NCBI GenBank assembly: GCA_951406725.2
Contig: OX597825.1
Coordinates: forward strand, 29,388,001 to 29,452,000
DNA: 64,000 nt
Direction: 5' to 3'
From: Octopus vulgaris
Lineage: Eukaryota
The position numbers and the translations under genes were made by a program. The notes beneath the pieces are model-generated. The model was given only the letters and a program-made list of their open reading frames with translations. It did not search any database and was not told the origin of the DNA. This document shows positions 22,601-34,526 of the stretch, piece after piece (position 1 is the first letter of the stretch; each line of letters starts with the position of its first letter).

Positions 22601-23491
22601 TCTTTGAAATAATAATAAAAACAATAAATTATTATTATTAATAATAATAATTATCATATATCATTATATATATATATAATTGAATATCAAAGTGTCAACT
22701 AGAACAGTGTCTGGCATTTTCTCTGACCTGCTTCTCTTAGAAGCTACTTCTGTTTGTAATAATTGACTGCTAACTCCAAAAGTTTTTTTTATTCTTTGTC
22801 TGTCATTACCTCATGTTCCTTTCTGTTGAAGTGCATAGACTTTCTCACCTTCCCTGACATCAAACTAATACACCTGCATGTTGTTTATACACCTCTCTTC
22901 TTCTTTTGTTTTTCTGTAAATTTCAACTACATATATATATATGTATACACATGTCTATAGCAGCTTGGCCTTGCTAGCTGTCAGGGCTAAATCGTTGTTG
23001 AAAACTTATAGAATTTTAAGTGAAATAAATTCACTGAAATACCTAAAGCCTACTATAATTTAGAGCAGCAGAAGAAAATAATGGGGGTCAAGAAAGAGGA
23101 ATGGGTGACATAGCAACATTCATCTTTATCCTTTTCACATTCAAAAGACCCAATGCAGCAAGTAGTCTACATCCCCTTAGAATTAAAACCATTGAGAACT
23201 GACATTTAAGTTCTTGCAGTTGGTGATAAATTAATTAATGTCAGATACTCCTCCCTAACCCTTATTTACTGTGACCATAAAATTAGCAATATCTACATAG
23301 AAGAATATGTCTTAGAAGATGCTAGCAAGATAATGATGTATAGAGTGGAGGTGATAACCAGAAAGAGGAAGGGTAGGGGTGACACCGTATAATTATCAAC
23401 TAAAAGGGACCTAAAATGGAAAACAAAGGTCACAATGAGATCTAAGTGTGGGAATTAAAAGTACTGGAGTTGGTGGATGTGCACCCAAACT

Positions 23492-23560
<69 letters not shown>

Positions 23561-24230
23561 ATATAAAATATGAATTAGAGATAAAACCACTATTAGGCAA
23601 CTCAAACATTGATAGACGTAAACCAATACATAAATAACAAATAATATAAATATAATATATATATATATTAAAATTTTTTTTTTCAAAAAAGTATGAAAAG
23701 AATGATAAATATAATATAATAAGTAAAAACACTATGTACGTTTCATGGCTATAATGAAATTCAAATTACAATTAAGTTTAAATTCAATTGAAATAAATTC
23801 ATATACATACATATACGCATACACACTCATACACAAAAATTACACAGACATATATACACATACACTTATTTACATATACATATGAAATGCTTGTGTGCAT
23901 GCGTGTGTTTGTAAGTCTATAACAAATGATATTTGTAAATTTTTCATACCATTCTATGTGCGGTCTATGAGCAATACAATTGGTTAATGAGACTTTGGCA
24001 TGGCCTGGTCTTAGTTTCATTGCCTTAATAATCCTGTTTTTCTAGAACCATTCAAAGCCAAATAATATGATAAAGAGTATAGATTTTTGTTGTTGTTGTT
24101 TTTTTCTCATTGATCACAACACAGAATAGAAATATATGTTGCAATGTACCAATATTACTCATACACAATCATTAAAATCTTTGTCTCTTCTTCCTCTGGG
24201 TGTCTGTGTGTCTGTGTATATATATATCTA

Positions 24231-24272
<42 letters not shown>

Positions 24273-24611
24273 CATATATATATATACACATACATACACA
24301 CACATATATATATATATATATCTTTATATATATAAAAGAATATATTTATGCACACATTCAAATGTTTTGTGTTGTATCATGTGGAATATTTATAGGAATA
24401 AATATGAACTACAAAATTCATTTGTTACTGTTTCTGCACTGAGTATGAAATATAGAATGAAAGTGAGCACAGTCACAGATACTCATAAATGCACTCTTAA
24501 TATTTTTTACTTCAAACTCTAATGAATATGTATGTGTGTGCCTGTGTGTGTGTGGAGGGCGCATCTGTGTGAGTGTGTGTTTATATATAATCTGATGAAG
24601 AAGACAAAGAA

Positions 24612-24918
24612 TCAGTTAGGTTATTCGGCTCCTGATCATAAAGTTGTGAGTTCGAATCGGATGATACGTCGTGTCCTTCAGCAAGAAACTTTATTTCACT
24701 TTGCTTCAGTCCACTCAGCTGGCCCAAAGGAGTAATACTTGTATTTCAAAGAGCCAACCTTGTCACATTCTGTGTCACGTTGAATCTGCTTGAGAACTAC
24801 ATTAAGGGTACATGTATCCGTGGAGTGCTCAACCACTTGTATGTTAATTTCAAGAGCTGACTCTTCCATTTGATTGGATCAACTGGAACACTTGTCATAA
24901 CTCATGGACTGCCAGTCA
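24612..24918 (+). mobile_element. Degenerate tRNA-derived SINE with CORE-like segment
   Basis: gtgagttcgaatc B box; ccttcagcaagaaactttatttcactttgcttcagtccactcagctggc similar to 44432-44480. Confidence 0.65.
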
Positions 24919-25143
24919 TTATGAGTTACAGCTGTTTCAGCCCCATATGTTTCTAATACCACTGAAATTAAACTATTTCATGGGAAAAGTTAAGCAATAT
25001 TTGTTGATGATTGCATTGAAGTGGTACTTCTCCAGAGTGGCATCAAGGTGTTGTACGTGTTGACTTTCTCATTGGTAATGCCTTTTCCTATATATATGCA
25101 TAAATGTACTTCTGTTCCCAAATAAACTGCATTTCGTATTCAA

Positions 25144-25224
25144 GGCTCTGATGAAGCTATAAGGTTTTACTCAAGCACTTAACTATGAGTCCACTGCATC
25201 TTGTAGCAGAAACAGCTATAAGCT
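25144..25224 (+). ncRNA. Degenerate type-I hammerhead-ribozyme-like motif
   Basis: GGCT-CTGATGA-A-GCTATAAG...CTTGTAGC-A-GAAAC-AGCT-ATA-AGCT. Confidence 0.45.
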
Positions 25225-25280
25225 AAGAAACTACGAGTCCACTGCATCTTATAGTGGAAACATCTATAAGCTAAGAAACT
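25181..25280. repeat. Tandem duplication, two units of about 47 bp
   Basis: aactaygagtccactgcatcttrtag..gaaaca.ctataagctaagaaact twice. Confidence 0.9.
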
Positions 25281-25323
25281 TCATAAGATTGCTTATTCCT
25301 TTGTCATCTCTTGTGTATACATA

Positions 25324-26390
25324 TTAGGTTATCTAGTAAGTTTTTAGTGTTTTTAAGCTAAATCCTTTAATGCTTTATTGAACACACCTGAAATGTAACG
25401 CAGTTAAAACTGTGGCATTGTTTGAAGTGGTATTGTATCTCTTCTTCGTTGCTGATTAAAAATAGATTCATCTTTCATTCTGGTTACCCTTTATATGACA
25501 TTTGAAATGGATAACCAAAAATTTCAAATTCGTGTTGTAATGCTTTTCTTTTTTAAAAGAAGGAGAAAATGATGCAAAGACTTTAAAAAATATTTGTGAA
25601 TTTTATGGTGATCATGTTGTAAGGTGAATTAACAGTTCGAAGGTGGTTTGCAAAATTTAAAGCTGGAGAGTTAACCTTGGAAGATGACAGTAGCAATGGA
25701 AGACCTTCAAAATTAGATGAAGATGTTTTGAAGGCAAAAATTGAAGAAAACTCAAATATCATGATTAGAGAACTTGCAGAGGAGTTGGAAGTTTCTAAAA
25801 GTATGGCTCATGAACACCTAGTGAAACTAGTATACATTTCTCGCTATAATGTATGGATCCCTCATAAACTCCCAGAAAAGAAGGTCTTGGACTGGTATTC
25901 CGTTTGTTATATGCTTTTGTAACAGAATGTAAACATGCCTTTTTTGAAACATCTTGTGACTGGAAATGAAAAATGGATTGTGTACAAAAACATAGTGAGA
26001 CAAATACCCTGGAATTTGTCTAAGGATCCCACAAAAAGAGCAACCAAAGACAAATGTCCATGCCAAAAATAGCTATGCTTTGTGTTTGGTGGGATCATAA
26101 AGGCATTATTTATTATAAGCTTCTCCCACAAAACCAGACAATTAATTCTGATGTGTACTGTTGTCAGCTGGCTAATATGAAACGAAAACTCACAGAATTG
26201 AGGCCAGAGATTGCAAATAGGAAAGGGGTAGTGTTCCAACAAGACAATGCCCAACTATATGTGTCTTTGGTTACCCGAACAAAGTTACATGAACTTAGCT
26301 GGGATCTTTTATTGTATCCACCATAATTTCCTGATATTGTGCCCTCCAACTACCACTTGTTTATATTTCTACAGAAATCATTGGAAGGCA
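25324..26390 (+). mobile_element. Mariner transposon, 3'-truncated, with transposase pseudogene (ATG at 25507)
   Basis: TA + ttaggtt TIR-like start; motifs GRP, WIPHKL (WVPHEL), TGNEKW (TGDEKW), LCVWWD, QDNA, YPP*FPDIVPSNYHLF (YSPDLAPSD); multiple frameshifts and stops. Confidence 0.92.
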
Positions 26391-26394
26391 CTTC

Positions 26395-26535
26395 ATTCTG
26401 GAACTGTCAGCATCCATCTGCAACACATGACCAAACCAGTGCAGTCTTCTCTCTTGCATACAGCAACAAATTCCTCACATGTCTAACTTCTCTCTTAGAA
26501 TACTGGCACTCTGTTGAACATGTACACTTGCATTA
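26395..26535 (-). pseudogene. RTE-like LINE fragment
   Basis: Minus-strand CCMQERRLHWFGHVLQMDAD; related to 61700-62260. Confidence 0.7.
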
Positions 26536-26547
26536 CTTATCCAGATA

Positions 26548-26548
<1 letters not shown>

Positions 26549-26607
<59 letters not shown>

Positions 26608-26616
26608 GATCGATCT

Positions 26617-26688
<72 letters not shown>

Positions 26689-26716
26689 ATCTAGCAGACG
26701 GATAAACAGACAAATT

Positions 26717-26790
<74 letters not shown>
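26549..26790. repeat. (CTAT)n followed by (ATAG)n (self-complementary), then (TA)n
   Basis: Directly visible. Confidence 0.9.
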
Positions 26791-26791
<1 letters not shown>

Positions 26792-27067
26792 CCATTTGTA
26801 GAAGTATAATTTATCAATTTACATTTATTGTTTAAATGAAAATGTGCGTAAATGTGCAGCTTAAAAAGAAATGCAAGAAAACAAAAGTAAAGCAAATTGA
26901 TGATACTGTTAAAGCCTAGTGATTGCTTTTGTCATTAATTTACTCACAATTCACAGACTTCCTGTTTCTTTCAATATTTTCTTGAAGAGTTCAACTTGCA
27001 ATTTACCTAATTGTTGTCTAGTCTACTAAAAACATTTATGCCACGTAGTTGAACACTGGTTGTGTGT

Positions 27068-27106
<39 letters not shown>

Positions 27107-27224
27107 TGTGTGCTTAAGCAGTAAAGATATTTTATATGTAATATATATTAAAAACACCAGTTGCCAAAATCTCAAATTTGTTGAGATTATTGAATATATA
27201 TATATATATGTGTGTGTGTATATA

Positions 27225-27319
<95 letters not shown>

Positions 27320-27567
27320 GTATATGTATGTATGTATGTATAGGTCAAATTTACAGAAAACAAAAGATGAAGCCAGGTGAAGGAACAGCAAGCAGGTAAA
27401 TTAGCTTAACACTTGGGAAGAATGGAAAATCTCTTTGATGTTTCAAGCCTCCACTCTTCAACAGAAAGGATTAAGAGGGGAAAAGAATGGAGAAAGAATG
27501 ATAAAAACAGAAAGAAGAAGAAAAATGTGTGTATATATATATATATACACACACATATATATATATA

Positions 27568-27729
27568 CACATCTGAGATGTCTTTCTTAGTTCTGCAGGT
27601 TTTGGGTCTCCCAAAACATTGTGTGTATATATACTTACATACATACATATATATATATATATATGTACATATCATATATATATATGTATGTGTATATATA
27701 TATATACACATACATATATATATATGATA

Positions 27730-27771
<42 letters not shown>

Positions 27772-27839
27772 AGTATATATACACACAATGTTTTGGGAGA
27801 CCCAAAACCTGCAGAACTAAGAAAGACATCGCAGATGTG
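27568..27839. repeat. 272-bp near-perfect palindrome centred on (TA)n
   Basis: Left arm cacatctgagatgtctttcttagttctgcaggttttgggtctcccaaaacattgtgtg is the reverse complement of the right arm ending ccaaaacctgcagaactaagaaagacatcgcagatgtg. Confidence 0.95.
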
Positions 27840-28120
27840 CATGCAGCTGTGAGAGAAAATCATCGAATCACCATCTGTGAGTTATCAGAGGATGTGAAGG
27901 TTAGTTATGGTTCAGTTCAGTCCATTATCACTGAAGATTTGTGTATGAGACACGTGTCTGCCAAGTTTGTGCCAAAACTGCTTTCAGCTGACCAAAAAAG
28001 ACACTTGGGTTTCAGTTGCACAACATCTCGACTGTGTTGAGAACGATTAAAACTTTTTGAAAACTTTGCTTTGGCCTCTGAGCAGGTATCACCTAGCTTT
28101 TGGCAAAATCTGATGCACAA
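27795..28120 (+). pseudogene. Second mariner transposase relic, rearranged
   Basis: Plus: GRPKTCRTKKDIADVHAAVRENHRITICELSEDVKVSYGSVQSIITEDLCMRHVSAKFVPKLLSADQK (HTH plus WVP-like linker). Minus 28050-28120: CIRFCQKLGDTCSEA (N-terminal HTH-like). Confidence 0.8.
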
Positions 28121-28577
28121 GCACCAGTGACGCTGGGCTGGACACATTATCACAATGAAGGATAGCAGGATCCCTAAACAGATACTATATTGGGAACTTG
28201 TTAGTGGAAAGAGAAACTGGCAGAAACCAAGGCTGCAATTTAAGGACTATGTCAAGTCCTCATTAAAGGCCTGCGATTTGCAGGAGACCAACTGGGAGAG
28301 CAGAACCTGTCATCGCCACAGATGGAGGAAGCAGGTTAAGGAGAGGGTCAACACCTATGAGGGAGCACGTATTTTGCATGAAGAATTTGAGCATGATGCT
28401 AGTGTAGTGAATGGGAAACCTTGGTTTGCAATGTTTGCAGCTGTGTATGCTTGTCAAGAGCAGGGTTCTTTAGCCACCAACAGAGCCGCAAATGCAAAAT
28501 ATAAGTTAGTCCTACAACGCACAATGTTCTTCAAGTTCAGCAATGGTCTTACTTGGTGTCAAGTGGACAGCCATCAT
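28121..28577 (+). pseudogene. RTE-clade LINE 3' fragment
   Basis: RWAGHIITMKDSRIPKQILYWELVSGKR..KPRLQFKD; terminal Zn-finger-like CNVCSCVCLSRAGFFSH in a shifted frame. Confidence 0.85.
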
Positions 28578-29447
28578 ATATATATATATATTGGCCTGCT
28601 CGCTTAGCCAGCGGGGTGGTGTCATTTGAAGACTAAAACAATGCGAAGTGCATTGTGACCTGCGATGTGTAGCAACATCTGATAGCCTGGTCGGTCACGG
28701 TGATCATGGGGATATATATACACACACACACAGGCACGCACACACACACACACACACACACAGATACTCTGAATGAGAGAAAGAAAGTGAGAGATGCATT
28801 TACTCAGGGCAGTGTGACCTAGAGTCTGATATGAAGAGAAATTCAGAGCATTAGATGAAGTAAGGTGATAGGAGGAAATAAAGATGTCAGAGGAAGTAAG
28901 AAGAGGAATCCCTTTCCTGTCAAGCTTCCTCTGAACTTGGAAGTTTGAAAGGCAAAATTGTCATCATACAAAATGTCTATTGTATGAAGCTATGTTCTGC
29001 AATGTATGTATAACGGTGTGCCATCAATTCTGCAAAACGAACTCCTAAGTGCATTTATGCAACACTGCAAATTTGTAGTTGCAGGATATAAGTTTCTTTT
29101 GTTTGTTTTAATGTCAATTTCATTTCATATAAGGTATCTATTACATAAATTTATTGGAATTAAAATTAAAATAACCACGAAAAGAATTTGAATGTAGAAG
29201 GAAGAGAAATAAAAGTAAATACTAAATACTATAGAACAACACAAATGAGATGATGATGATGATGTTGATGATAATGGTGATTAAGATGGTGACAGCGATG
29301 GTGGCAGCGGCTTCTGGTTCAGGGTTAAAGTCAACAATTTCATGTGGAGGCTGTCAGTTGATAACACTGATAACATTAATTGACCAGCATTGTAATTTAT
29401 TATCATTGGAGATGTCAAAGAGGACCTCGTCAGGATTTGAAATCAGA

Positions 29448-29482
<35 letters not shown>

Positions 29483-29497
29483 TATAATAATAATGAT

Positions 29498-29756
29498 ACA
29501 GAAACAATTCCTATCATAGTAGGTGCATTAGGCATGATAAAAAAATATTCAGACAAATACATAACAAAAACACCAGGACTTACAAACACATATAACATAC
29601 AGAAAATTGCACTACTAGGCACTGCACACATCCTACGCAGAACACTTTCCATACAATAACCATCAGAGCATCACAACAAATCACAACACATACCCAAGGC
29701 ACACAGAGCTGCGCTCGGTAGTGAAGTGAAAGCACGCTATAAAAATAAAACTACTG
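29498..29756 (+). mobile_element. R4/Dong-like LINE 3' end, 5'-truncated, within (AAT)n
   Basis: TETIPIIVGALGMIKKYSDKYITKTPGLTNTYNIQKIALLGTAHILRRTLSIQ*; AAT repeats on both sides. Confidence 0.85.
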
Positions 29757-29783
29757 AATAATAATAATAATAATAATGATGAT

Positions 29784-29852
<69 letters not shown>

Positions 29853-29854
<2 letters not shown>

Positions 29855-30680
29855 CAAAAAGCAGAGACTGCAGGTTTCATATTGGTGTCACAAGATCAAA
29901 GCTTGCTTATTAAAAGCTACCAGGCCAATGTTCCTCAAAATAGTTCTGACTTTAGATGCAGATTTTGTGATACATTTAATGAAACAGTAGACCATCTATG
30001 TCATCTTGGAATGTCCTCTGCAGACACCAAACGAATACAAAAATCGCTACAATAGGGTAAGGCAGTACTTACATTGGAAAATATGTAAACACTACAAAAT
30101 CAGCAATCCTGCTTTCTGGTATGCACACTTTCCTGAGCCAATTGTTGTAGATAAAAGTGTCACTATCCTCTGGGATTTTCCAGTCAACACTGACAAAATG
30201 ATCCAGCATAATGGACCAGATATAGTCATTAAGGACAGGGAAGAAAATGCTTCTGGACTAATATGTAAGTGTTCCCACTGATAAAAATATATCTGTAAAG
30301 GAATTTGACAAATTAAGTAAATATAAGGACCTGGAAATTGAAATACGAAAGATGTGACATCTTAGAGTGAGAACTGTTCCTGTTATTGTAGGTGCCTTAG
30401 ACATAATAAAAAAGGCATGTCAGAAACATTTAGATAACATCCCAGGAGAATCATGCTTCAGTGAAATCCAAAAGATTGTTTGCAAGTATTGCCCACATCT
30501 TTAGAAAAACCCCATCAATTTAAATGTCTGTGTTGTATTATATAAAGATATGTCGCTACTGCCCCTGCCACTTCCCCTCTCCAAGCTTTCAGTCATTCTG
30601 TAACATCTCTTATCCTTCACTTGCCCTAGGACGTTGGGTGCATCTCAACAAGTGATTGTAACAAACATACAGATTAAAAA
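29853..30680 (+). pseudogene. R4/Dong-like LINE, second subfamily: Zn knuckle plus restriction-like endonuclease
   Basis: QDQSL...CRFCDTFNETVDHL...C...LHWKICKHY...TILWDFPVNTDKMIQHNGPDIVIKD...KYKDLEIEI...VPVIVGAL; (AAT)n on both sides. Confidence 0.88.
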
Positions 30681-30699
30681 TAAATAATAATAATAATTC

Positions 30700-30915
30700 T
30701 TTTTACTATAAGTACAAGGCCTGAACTATTTTGGGAGAGGGAGGACAGTCAATTACATCGACCCCAGTGTTCAACTGGTACCTATTTTATTGACCCTGAA
30801 AGGGTGAAAGGCAAAGTCAACCTCGGGAAAATTTGAACTCAGAAAGTAAGCCCAGAAGAAAGTCCACTAAGCATCTTGTCCATCATGCTAACAATTCTGA
30901 CACCTTGCTGCCTTG
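30700..30915 (-). mobile_element. SINE family A
   Basis: catcgaccccagtgttcaactggtacc...gaaagggtgaaaggcaaagtcaacctc. Confidence 0.8.
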
Positions 30916-32419
30916 ATAATAATAATAATTATTATAATAATAATAATTATAATAATAATAATAATAATAATGATGATAATAATTATAATAATAATAGTCA
31001 AGATGAAGAGTGCAATTCGATTGTAATAGACATTTTATTGGTTGAACGATATTTCAACAGTAAGCCTGTCTTTGTCGAGTTCAAAATAGTAATAACAATA
31101 ATAATAATAATAATAATAATAATTTCTTCTCTTTGTCATCAAAGCAAATATGATAATAATATTAATATTTTGCTAACATAAACAGATATAAAGACTACTG
31201 AAGCTGAAATATGTTGATTTATTTTGGCAAAGAACTCAAAACACTTTCCCAGTGTTCTAATTATTTAAGCACTGAGAAGCTTAAGTCTTGTACTTTAGCA
31301 ATTACACTTTACGTAAGGTTCAATTTGACCTTTTCTCAGTGAGAAGACAGAAACTTAAGTAAATAATTAACTTTTTCTAAGAATAACTTAGCAAACCGAG
31401 CAGGCTTTGCTTTCTTCTTCATTAATAATCTTCTATCAATGGTAATGAATACTGATTCAGTTTCCAAATCCAATTGAACCTTATGGAATTGGCTGACATT
31501 CGAAGCAAGATAAACTAATTATCAATCATCATTACCTACACTACTTGAATATTTTTATATCATTGCTGTTGCCTTGCGGACATCATCCTGTAAAGTTTCT
31601 ATGAATATATAAAGCTGGTCTGAAAACATGAAGAGATAAAATTAGGTTTGTGTTACCTTTCTGCATAATTCATGAACTAATGCATCTTTATAATCATGGT
31701 TATCATCAGAGTTACTTAATTTTATTAACTGATTTCCTTTGACTAGTCATAGGTAGCTTTTTTTCTCCATGTTTACACAGAGTACAAATGATATCATCAA
31801 ACTAGATGTATGTATGTATTTCTCTGTCAAACAAAAACTAAATATCTCCTGTTTTCTGAAAATATCTTCAAGATCAATATTTAGCTCTCCTTTTTGTAGT
31901 GATCAGGTAAGTGTTAAATTTCCCTCAGGATCAAACGTCAGTATTTATCTATAGAAATATTTTTAGCTCTGATACTTATTATCCAACAGCTTGGTGCAAC
32001 AAGTGCTCAAAATTCATTTTGGATCGAGTGAGCCATATAAGTATAATCACCATATCAACCAGACAACTGGATGTTGTTATACTCCACTGGATACAACAAA
32101 CTTCCTTACATTGTCACTTTTGAATGATGCTGCCTCACTGGCTAGACAGGCAGGGTAACAGAAACACCAGTTCATTGCAGGGTTAACCATCTACAGCTGA
32201 GTGGACTGAGTGGATATGAAATAAAGTGTTGTCCTCGAGAGAAGAATTCCCTGCTGATCTGGAAATTGAAACAGCAATCTTTTGATTGTGAGTGCAACAC
32301 CCTAACTGCTAGACTAGAATTTAAAAGAGAACAAAAAGGAAAGTCAATCCTTGCAATATTTTAACTGGGATCCCAGATGTGGAAAACTAAATATTATATT
32401 GCAGGTATATAAGTATATA

Positions 32420-32790
32420 GGTGCAGGCATGACTGTGTAGTAAGTAGTTTACTTACCAACCACATGGTTCCAGGTTCAGTCCCACCGTTTGACATCTTTG
32501 GCAAGTGTCTTCTACTACAGCCTTGGGCCAACTAAAGTCTTGTGAGTGGATTTGGTAGACAGAAATTGAAAGGAGCACATTGTATATATATATACATGTA
32601 TGTATGTATACGTGTGTATATGTTTTTGTTTGTGCCCCCACTACTGATCGACAACCAAGGCTGGTGTGTTTACATCCCTGTAACTTAGCAGTTAAGCAAA
32701 AGAGATTGATAGAATAAGTACTAGACTTACTGAGAATAAGTCCTGGGGTCAATCTGTTCAATTAAAAGCAGTGCTCCAGCAGCTCCACTT
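32420..32790 (+). mobile_element. SINE family B
   Basis: Colinear with 18859-19306. Confidence 0.85.
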
Positions 32791-32928
32791 TCAAACACCT
32801 GCAAAATATGAAAACCTGTAACCTGAAAAAAAGATGAAAGTTAGCAATAGAAAAAGCATCTTGCAGTAAAATCCTGTCTTAAATTCAATTCCTGCCAAAG
32901 TTATGCAAGCATGGAAAATGAACGTTAA

Positions 32929-33148
32929 CCCTTTCATTACCATATTTCTGTAGAGATGCTCTGTTTCTTTCAATTAATTTTAAATGTAACAAAGAATTTA
33001 GTAAAATAACTTAGTTATCATTAACCTAGTGTTAGGAACACAAATTGAGACAAGGGTTTGGTGGAAGGTTTTAATTCAGAACTTTTGAAAGCAAGACATT
33101 TGTACTACAGAGCCAGAGGCAGTTTCAAGCAGGTTGGTATCAAAAGGG
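32929..33148. mobile_element. MITE with CCCTTT/AAAGGG ends (piggyBac-like)
   Basis: ttaa|ccctttcattacc ... ggtatcaaaaggg; right TTAA degenerate. Confidence 0.55.
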
Positions 33149-33824
33149 ATGAGGGAACAGGCAACATTGTCCAGCACTCTCAGATCTTATCATGACATAT
33201 CCATAACTTTAATTAATAATTCTTATTAAATTCTTTTCTCACAAGCCATAGAAACTACTCAGGTTGTATATAATGACATACTATGATTCTATCATATTTG
33301 CATGTATTCTCATGCAAAATTTGCGTTATAAGTTTCAAATATTTTATCACTAGAAAGGCAATAAATTTATTATGAAATTAAAGTAAATAAAATAGAAAAG
33401 AAATAAATTCATTTTAGATGGAGTATTTCTTCATATTGCTTTGTAATTTTACATATATATAACTTTAAATGTAAATGTGTTAGATTTTAAATAGACCAAA
33501 CAAATTTCTAGAGTTCTGTGGTTCTTATATTACAGCAAATTTCTTGACTGAAATCCTGATTCATTCTATAAGGATAGATTTCGTAAAGTGTTTGATGTAA
33601 ATGGTCATTGATCAATATTTATGACTGTTTCTGAAAATGCTATTGTGAAGTTTTTACAGTGAATGATCAAAGAAAGTTGAAAATCTATATTTGACACATC
33701 TGTTATTGATCATAAATAAATTTGTAATTGTATTTTGGTGTGTGTTGATGTAGTTAGGTTTTAAAAGTAATTAGCAAACACAATTACAAATGAGTTAGAA
33801 ATACCTATTTTATTCTACTAAGCA

Positions 33825-33994
33825 TTTACTTGTTTCCCTCATTGGACTGTGGCAATGCTGGAACACTTCATTGTAGGGTTAGTTGAACAAATCAACCCCA
33901 GTACTTAAATGAAATCTGGTATTTATTTTATCGGTCTCTATTGCCAAACTGCTAGATTATGGGGACATAAACAAACCAACATTGGTTGTCATGT

Positions 33995-33997
<3 letters not shown>
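33825..33997 (-). mobile_element. SINE family B 3' half (degenerate)
   Basis: tttacttgtttc...caaatcaaccccagtact...ggggacataaaca. Confidence 0.65.
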
Positions 33998-34035
<38 letters not shown>

Positions 34036-34266
34036 TAAAGAAGGCAAGAACTATTTTATGAAATTATATTGGAGCTTGGTGCATCTTAAGTCATGTTTAT
34101 ACTCAGATAAATTTATGGTTTTTTTCTATTCATATAATTTTAATTATTTTTGGAAAATTTGTTTAAGATATAAGTATTATACTCGGTTTAAATAATTTCT
34201 TTTTTTTAATGAAGACCATTTTAAGAAACGTTCAGTGACCCCACCCCACCTCTTCAGCATCCAATT

Positions 34267-34445
34267 GGTGTTTATAAGCCATTTAAAAACACGCAAAAAA
34301 CTGTTAGATTCACTTCGGCAGCATGGAATTTTGTAAGTGAACAGGTCGCAGTTTCAAAGCAACAAAAATATTTGACCAAAATTAAATTTAAATGTTGAAA
34401 TGAATCTAACGGCTTTTAGGTGTTTTTAAATGGCTTATAAACACC
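34267..34445. mobile_element. Foldback/MITE-like element with ~50-bp inverted repeats
   Basis: ggtgtttataagccatttaaaaacac...gttagattcacttc / gaaatgaatctaac...gtgtttttaaatggcttataaacacc. Confidence 0.75.
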
Positions 34446-34461
34446 TTCTCATGCTGCAATT

Positions 34462-34526
<65 letters not shown>

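Noticed and set aside
25181-25280. CRISPR-like repeat
   Set aside because: Two adjacent units without unique spacers; eukaryotic context; no cas genes
25677-26326. Functional or domesticated (SETMAR-like) transposase gene
   Set aside because: Multiple frameshifts and stops, first catalytic Asp reads as Asn, 3' end and right TIR missing
31270-31342. cactgagaag...ttctcagtg hairpin as a pre-miRNA
   Set aside because: Only the outer 10 bp pair well; the middle has many mismatches
31530-31595. Minus-strand exon between acceptor-like and donor-like signals
   Set aside because: Stop codons in all three frames
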